Assembly: GCA_973895155.1 (NCBI GenBank)
Contig: OZ316899.1
Location: 1,821,573-1,885,572, forward strand
Reading direction: 5' to 3'
DNA: 64,000 bases
From: Marsupella aquatica
Lineage: Eukaryota; Plantae; Marchantiophyta
Below are positions 57,405-64,000 of this stretch, one piece after another. The position numbers were made by a program, and so were the translations under genes. Every line of letters begins with the position of its first letter. The first letter of the stretch is position 1. The notes beneath the pieces were generated by a model that worked only from the letters and a program-made list of their open reading frames with translations, did no database searches and was not told the DNA's origin.

Positions 57405-59169
57405 TAGGGAAATCCTATCAAGGGATTATTGTGCTGCAGCAGGAGCTTACATCCCTGACGGCCAACTTCAAGGCCGACCTGCGTAAGAAAGACGACCAGC
57501 TGGATCAGACTTATGCCAATATGAATAAAATGGAGTCTAAGGTTGCAGCGGAGCTCGACAAGGAGCGAAGAGCAACCCAGGAGGAGAGGGCTACCTTAAA
57601 GAAGGAATTGGAGGAAGCCTAGAAGGAGCTGGAGGAGGCGTGCAAGGACCTGGACAAAGTGCAGGAGGAGTTGGAGGAAAGCACGAGGAAGATGGAAAAC
57701 TTACAACGGCGAGCCGACAACCAAACGGAGCGGCTAAAGAAACAAGCCGCAATATTTAAGTGCTTGGCTTCATCAAGTCCAATTGGGGCAACCAAGTTGC
57801 CAGGAGTAGTACTGGCCGAAGGACAAGCCGCGACACTCACACCGGTGCCGGAGATAAGTGGCAAGGGGAAGGGACCAGCTGCCAAAATAGGGAAGAAGAA
57901 GAAGCAGAAACCTTCTGGGTCAGGGAGTAATGTGGCTTCTCAAGCCGTTGTGACAGAGGAGGTACAACTGGTGCCAACCTCAGGCAGGATCACGGTAGAT
58001 CCACCCCTAGAAGGCGGGGATGGTAAGGCCAAGGCCGGAACAATCAGTGATGAAGTTGGGGTATCGGATCCTCCACTAGAGCATGTCGGGGAGGCCGTAG
58101 CCGTATTAGAGGCCATGGCCGATGCTGAGACCGAAGCCGAGGGTGGACCCAATCAGGCCGATGGAGAGTTGACTCGGTCCGGGGCAGGTAATCTGTCAGA
58201 GGACGGACCTATGGCAGTGGCTGCTGAAGAAGCATTGGGGGCGTCCATTGAGGATCAGCCACCGCTACCATGATGGTGGTGGAGGGCCGCTCCTTTTAAG
58301 GAGGGCGGACGTGGAGGGAGGAGGCGTGAGTGGGCAGGGTGGGCTCAGATCTCCAAGTTTAGAATTAGGATCAAGACCAGGAGGCGGCCCTGACACTTAG
58401 ATTAGTGGGATTGCGGATCCACTGGTAAGAGCAACACTTATGCTCCTGCCTCGCTGTACATAGGTAGATTACAATTAGGTAGATTAGGCTTATGCTGCAA
58501 AGAATTAGGCGGGTCCACTGCTAGGATAAGTACCTGGGCTGCGGGGAGTTCAGGGCCTTCTTCTTTAGCAAGTTTTTAGTGCACCATCAGGGTTGGGATC
58601 AGGTAGTAAAAGAAGCTCTCGGTTAGTTATACTGTGACCCTTGTGTATATTCACGTTTCCTCATGCCTAAGAGATGAATAGAGTTGGCCTCACGGCTTAG
58701 TTCGCAGATCTTGTGTATGAGAAGTACTGTTTGTATGGCAAGTGCATGGTATAACTCAGTCAGAATGAGTCATTTTGCTATTTGTGTGTCGCATTAACTT
58801 GTTTGAAGATTGCCCACATCAACCAAGAGAAGGGAGTAAGCAAGGTAGTAAGAGTTGGATGTGTCGAGCTGAGAGAGGTCTTAGCAGCTTACCCAAGCCA
58901 GTTGGGGATCATTCCGGCGGCGGAATCCAAACATACCTAAAGGAAGACCAAGAGAGGAGACCAAGGGAAGACATAGAAGAGGCCGGCTACGTATCTCATG
59001 ACCCAATGAAGGATCTGTCCAGTATATGTGTGTAAAATGTTAGTAGAAGGAGGTTAGCAGCGTCCCATGCCGCTAAGCCGCAAAACCGACCTTGCCAAGG
59101 GCGAAACCTACGGGAATCGGCTTGTGCAAGGGGGTTTCTTGGGTTTAGGGAGCCATGGGACGCACCACA

Positions 59170-60388
59170 CTTGTCATGACCCCATAAAACTGAAGTGGCA
59201 GGTTTGCCAAATCTAAACTCCTTCTTGCCCCAATCAGTTACCACTTGGGCTCCATACAACCAAGGCCTTCCAATCAAGATTGGGTAAGTAGATGGCCTTG
59301 CTGGTCTCATCACCAAGTAATTCAACAAGAATTCCTGCCCCCCAATGAGAGCAGGTACTTGAGTAAGAGTCCCCGCCGGTACCACTCTTGCTCCATTTGC
59401 TAGCCTCATTGTCCTTGCTGTTGGCTGAAGTTTCTTGAAACCTAGTTGCTGGGCAGTAGCCTCAATCATGATATTCACACCTGAGCCTCCATCAACTGGT
59501 ACATACGAGAGTACACACCCATTCACTTGAACATCAATCTCAGGTGCTCCAAGGTCTTCACAAACCATCATCACATCAGCTGGGGTCCCAACCTTTGGAA
59601 GCTTCCTCCTTCTCCTTCTTACCAACATCTCCTTTAGTTGCCTCCTATACAAAGGGTTGTCTTTGATCAGCTGCCCCACTGTAGCGAAACCAAACAATCT
59701 TTTATATCCTTCTTGATGTCATAAGAGGGTACCTTGCTGGTCTCCTTCTTCTCTTCCACCTCAGCTTCTTCCTTCAAAGCTTTAGCAACCTTCAGGTCTT
59801 TGTTGATGGCCTCTTGATGCTCCTTAGCCTCCATCTCCTCTAGTTGCCTCTTGACTTCCTCATTCACCTTGGGATAGAAGAGCTTTGGATGGTCCCTCTT
59901 GTAGTCACTATCTTCAGCTGGTGGGACTTGAACTTCTGCTCCAACTTCAACTTCGGTTGGTGACTCTGCTGAGTGCTCCTTTCTTTCCTTCCTCTTCTTC
60001 CTCTCTTCTACTCTTTCCTTCTTTCTTGTGGACCTGGTAGACACCTTGTAACACACAGCTTCCTCCTCAGGTGTCTCCATTCCCGGTAGATCTGGCTGGT
60101 ACTTGTCATGCCAAAAACCTTGTCCTTGTGCGGATTTTGGCTTTGACGGGCATAATCTTCATTAGTTTTGAGGTTTTGGGCAAGGAGGGATGTGCACACT
60201 GGCGGTGGTACAGCAGGGACCGGAGCAGGACCTGTTGGACCGGACCCTGAAGGTCTTGGTGGTATGTTCATCCGTCAAGGCAATTGTGAGTCCTCTGAGC
60301 CTGAAGATTTGGAGCTTGTTGTGGTTGCACTCTCCCGTTCGCTTGTCAATCTCCTCAAGTACGCCGCTTGAGAACGAGTGACGGGCAT
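59170..60388 (-). pseudogene. Family-C gypsy gag start, large deletion, then protease
   Basis: MPVTRSQAAYLRRL start at 60388; YKVSTRSTRKK (family A has YRVSTRSTRRK); protease YVPVDGGSGVNIM...ILIGRPWL; most of gag is missing. Confidence 0.82.
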
Positions 60389-61338
60389 TTACCCTTACAA
60401 ATGCAATGATTAACAACTATCAAGACCCCGGGTCCCTTGATCAGGTACATACGCACATGTCTTAAGTCGATAGCTAAATCAACCCCGGCTTAAGGGCTTT
60501 TAAGCCTTTGTACTGTCCGCCTTCAATTTGGATCCGATGATACGGGTATCCAAACCGGGCTTGCAGCCACTATCCGCAGCCTACACCCCGTGCATGGCTC
60601 AGATGATGCGTTGGCCAAGCATTCTCTACCCATAGACAAGATTCATACAGGCAACTAAACTCACACACATACAATCTTGGTTTACACGAAGGAAATGGTG
60701 GGAAAAGACTTTACTTCAGAATCCGTCATACGCATATACACGGTTGACTCGACATCTCTTGAGTAAACAAGCCCGACGGTAGAGTGATGTACACTACAAC
60801 AGAGCCCGGCTCCGCACTCGCCCAACAAGCTTAGTCGTACCCTCCCTCCATGGTATCTCCTACTTACAAAGGCCAGGACTCCCCGCACATCCTACGGATA
60901 CCCGGTTTTGAAACTAAAATCCCTCCTGCCTCTACCGAGGGGTGCACTAAATACTAAGAGCCAGGGTCCGGTGTGACGTTGCAGGTATGGTGGCTAATAA
61001 ATGATTCGGCCTAAACACGCTTAGCACGCGCAGTAGAGGTATCTTAGGCCATAATTATTAGCATAACGACAGTATTTGGGTAGCCATTATGAGTAGGAAA
61101 TCATTAGTCAATAAGGGGCGTTCGTATTCGGGCTGGCGGCGGGTCGCCATTTGCACGCCTAAATTGCAAGCATGTAATGGGCCCTCCCCTTTCCCCCTTG
61201 GGTCTGTATAACAAACTTTGGGAGGCGGCCACTGTCACGCGCTGACCCGGACTAGCGGAGTGGCCGGTACACTGCAAGCATGAAAGGCTCGGCCTATAAG
61301 CGATGAGGAGGGGATGGGCGATCGACGAGCTCTCAGGG

Positions 61339-61346
61339 TATAAAAA
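61339..61346 (+). promoter_or_regulatory. Putative TATA box upstream of the accessory ORF
   Basis: GGGTATAAAAAGGGGG in an LTR-like context ~100 bp upstream of the ORF; no transcript evidence. Confidence 0.4.
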
Positions 61347-61444
61347 GGGGGCCGATCCTTTGCAGTGCACCAGTTCTTCAGTCCACGCGCCAACTTCGAC
61401 CCTAGTTCTCTTGCTTATCTTTAGTTGTCTTCCATCTCCTCTGA

Positions 61445-64000
61445 ATGTTGCACACAATCCTTTCCAGTTTGGCCATACGATTCTGGATGCAGTTCCGGTC
61501 TATCGGAGGGCACTTGGCTCACTTGTTGAAACATGCCAACCCACGACGATACAAGATCAAACGCGAGTACAAGAGAGCCATCCGCCTAGCAGGCCACCAT
61601 CACTATCTCCTTAACTTTGATTACCCGTCCCAGAGCAAGCTTTATCGACCCAAAGAAATATCAGGGTACTTCTTCAATGGAGGCAAATATATCGGCTTCT
61701 GGGAGGCATTGCTTTGGCTCCCAGATGAGGTCTTCAATATCCCGGGCACGATCAACTTATAGCGGCATCACTTTGACCACATCCCCGCTTGGGTCCGGGA
61801 CATCATCAACAGCGAGTCCAGCGCTACTCGATCTACAAGGGCGTCTACACTTGCATCAGAAAACCTCTACCAGCACCTACAGAATTTCATGGCAACTACA
61901 CCATCGACCACCGGTGCCAGCCCAGCCATGCCCGTACCCACACCAGTCCAGGCTCAGGCTCAGCCTTAGCCTCAACCTCAACCTCAACCTAGCGGATCCC
62001 CACCGCCGGTCGCCCCGCCAGTACAAGTACGCTCCGTCGTCAACGCTGTGGACCTCAGCGACGACAAAGACGATACCTTACCCCTGCTCAGGCGGCCTAG
62101 AGGAGCAAGCATCCAGGGAGCTGGCACTACATCACCCCTTCCCCAGGCCCGGACCCGAGTAGCGACTCCAGCGGATAACACGGTAACCGTAGCCTCCCCG
62201 GCCCCAATACTAACGGCAGTGGCACTACCCATACTCGATCGGGAGGATGGGGAGGTGTCACCCTCCGCAAGCCATCACGGGAGCCAGTCTTGGGGAAAGA
62301 AGAGGAAGGAACCCGCAGCTGTATCCGGGCTACCCATGGCCACGGTAGCCGTGACCAAGGTAACAATGCATCGCATGGGGGAAAATGTGCATAAGAACAT
62401 CCTCCACCCCAAACATGCGGTGTACTTGAAGACTCAGGGGTTTGAGCACCTCGCCTCTCTCCCCTGGAACACTTGTAGATACTACGGGGAGGATATGACG
62501 GAGTTTGTCAAGAATTATGATGACGTCCGTCAGCATATTCGGTTGTAGGGGAGGAATATGTCCCTCACAGAGGAGCAGCTTAGGATGATCTTTGGGCTAC
62601 CCGAGGGTGGTCACCGAGTCGAATCACGGGCTCCCGGGGGCAAGGGAGCCAAGTACCAATCCTCAAGTTTTCCCTCCGAGGGGTCAGTGGACAATGGGTT
62701 CATGATGAGGACCTGCCTCATCCCCAAGATAGCTGAGCGGTTGGAGTTCCAGAGGTATGCCCTCCACATGATGGAATCTCGGGCGAGATCTCTGCTGCCC
62801 AAGTTATCCAGGTCGAGAAGTATCAACCTAGGAAGTGGGCTTTGTACTTTGCTAAGAAGTTCCATGAAGAGATGGAGCGACAAAGGAAGTCGCTATACAT
62901 CGGCAGGAAGGCGTATTTTGCAAGCCACATCGAGATCATTCTTGAGTGGTACGCCCGGTTTGATCAATGAACCCTTCCCCGGGTCAACGTAACTAAGTTG
63001 GTCCCGACTAAGTGGATCTTCCCGGCCTTGGAGAGACGGCCTCAACCCGAGGCCCAAAGTTTGGCGGCAACACAGGCCTCACCCATCCAACCTCCACAGG
63101 TAGCGGTAGCCGTGGCCAAAGAAGTACCAAAAGAGGCAATGATCGCAACCTTAGACGCGATCAACCAGGCCAGGCCTGGTACAGACGTTGGGGCGGTGGA
63201 GGCCTTGCCCGAGCCCGAGGGTCCAAAAGACCCACCAGTGGCTATTCCAGAGGACAGCCCGATGGTGGAGGAGGACACTCCAGCCCCTTCCAACACTACA
63301 TCCACAGGGCTGGATGTCACTACCCCGGCTCCCACGCGAGTTAATGTCTGCCCGTGCCCAACTCCAGACGAGCATAACCTGGACCACCCGGAACTCTTTG
63401 TATAGGGTACATTTCTAAATGGGCTTCTGGGAGATTTCTCCCAACAGATAGCCTGTGTTACCGGGGAGTTCATGGCTTGGAAGGTAGCCTACTTCTTCAA
63501 TCAGGAGTTGGTTACCGCAGTAAAGGCAGGTCGGGCTCAGTCGGAGGCCCTTCAGTGGATAGAGCGGTACCGGGTTGAGTCCATGTACCTAAAGGATGAA
63601 GTTGCGGCTCAAGAGGCTAAGCTTCTACCACTACAACCCAAGGTTGCAGTCGCTGATGAATTGTTAGCAAATGCGCATGCCCTTACCGCCTTAGCCGAAT
63701 AGGCCAAAGCCGGGAAGGAGGCCAAGATTGCACGGCTCCGGACCCAGGTTGACAGTTTGAAGAATCAAATTGTCATCTGGCAGAAAGACCTAGAGGAGGC
63801 CGAAGAGCGGGCCCAACATGACACTACGGAGATTGCCACCCTGCAGGCCAAAGTGGCACGGCTTCAAGCCAAAGCCGAGAAACAGACCCAGGTGGTGGAC
63901 AAGCTGACGAGCAACGCCCAACAACTGGAAGAGGCATGCCAGGAGGCAGTTGAGGAGATGGACGCGGCAAAGTAAGAAAATGAATCTCTGCTGGACTAAG
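61445..64000 (+). pseudogene. Divergent homolog of the LTR-encoded accessory protein (PMD-like domain plus coiled coil); runs off the window
   Basis: GFEHLASLPW...EFVKNYD...LTEEQLRMIFGLPEG...GFMMRTC..P.IAERLEFQRYALH parallels GLEAFVKLPW...EFVGSW...LTPRVIAEVFGLPMG...GFFRNTC.NPHIGEMIDFLRVTMH. ORFs 61445, 62048 and 62558 share one frame; 62998, 63472 and 63757 share another. Confidence 0.75.

Larger units (their letters stand above)
39026..59169 (+). mobile_element. Family-B solo LTR (~4.7 kb net) with nested family-A solo LTR, CACTA element and MULE
   Basis: TGTGATGCC...GACGCACCACA termini; perfect TSD CTTGT (39021-39025 and 59170-59174); no PBS, gag or pol between the termini. Confidence 0.92.

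Overview
This is a 64-kb eukaryotic window made almost entirely of nested transposable elements; I found no host gene, tRNA, rRNA or CRISPR array. The element types suggest a land plant, probably a non-seed lineage, but that is a low-confidence inference. I reconstructed the nesting from target-site duplications (TSDs) and from empty sites present elsewhere in the window. (1) An L1-type LINE (5-4380) is truncated by a deleted Ty3/gypsy element of 'family B' (4381-11406, minus), which contains an unrelated 2.7-kb solo LTR (6322-8990). (2) A second family-B element has pol remnants at 11407-13019 and a ~4.7-kb 3' LTR (13033-38840). That LTR is split by a full-length 15.5-kb 'family A' gypsy (15452-30963) and by a Bianca-like Ty1/copia (31280-36838). 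(3) A family-B solo LTR (39026-59169) sits in the pol of a third gypsy ('family C'). It is interrupted by a family-A solo LTR (40535-45389, itself holding a 1.1-kb CACTA element) and by a 10.6-kb Mutator-like element (MULE, 46830-57404, 9-bp TSD). Two things stand out. First, the MULE carries, head-to-head with its GCM-like/DDE/SWIM transposase, an intron-containing cargo gene of about 1,100 codons. The cargo has a ParB-like N-terminal motif and a C-terminal beta-class N4/N6 DNA-methyltransferase-like fold. The element also has nine copies of an 18-bp palindrome found only in its non-coding parts. Second, the family A and B LTRs are ~4.5-4.7 kb long and each encodes a ~1,100-codon sense-strand accessory protein inside the LTR. 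Nearly all long ORFs are disrupted by stops or frameshifts. Domain calls come from motif recognition by eye, not from database searches.
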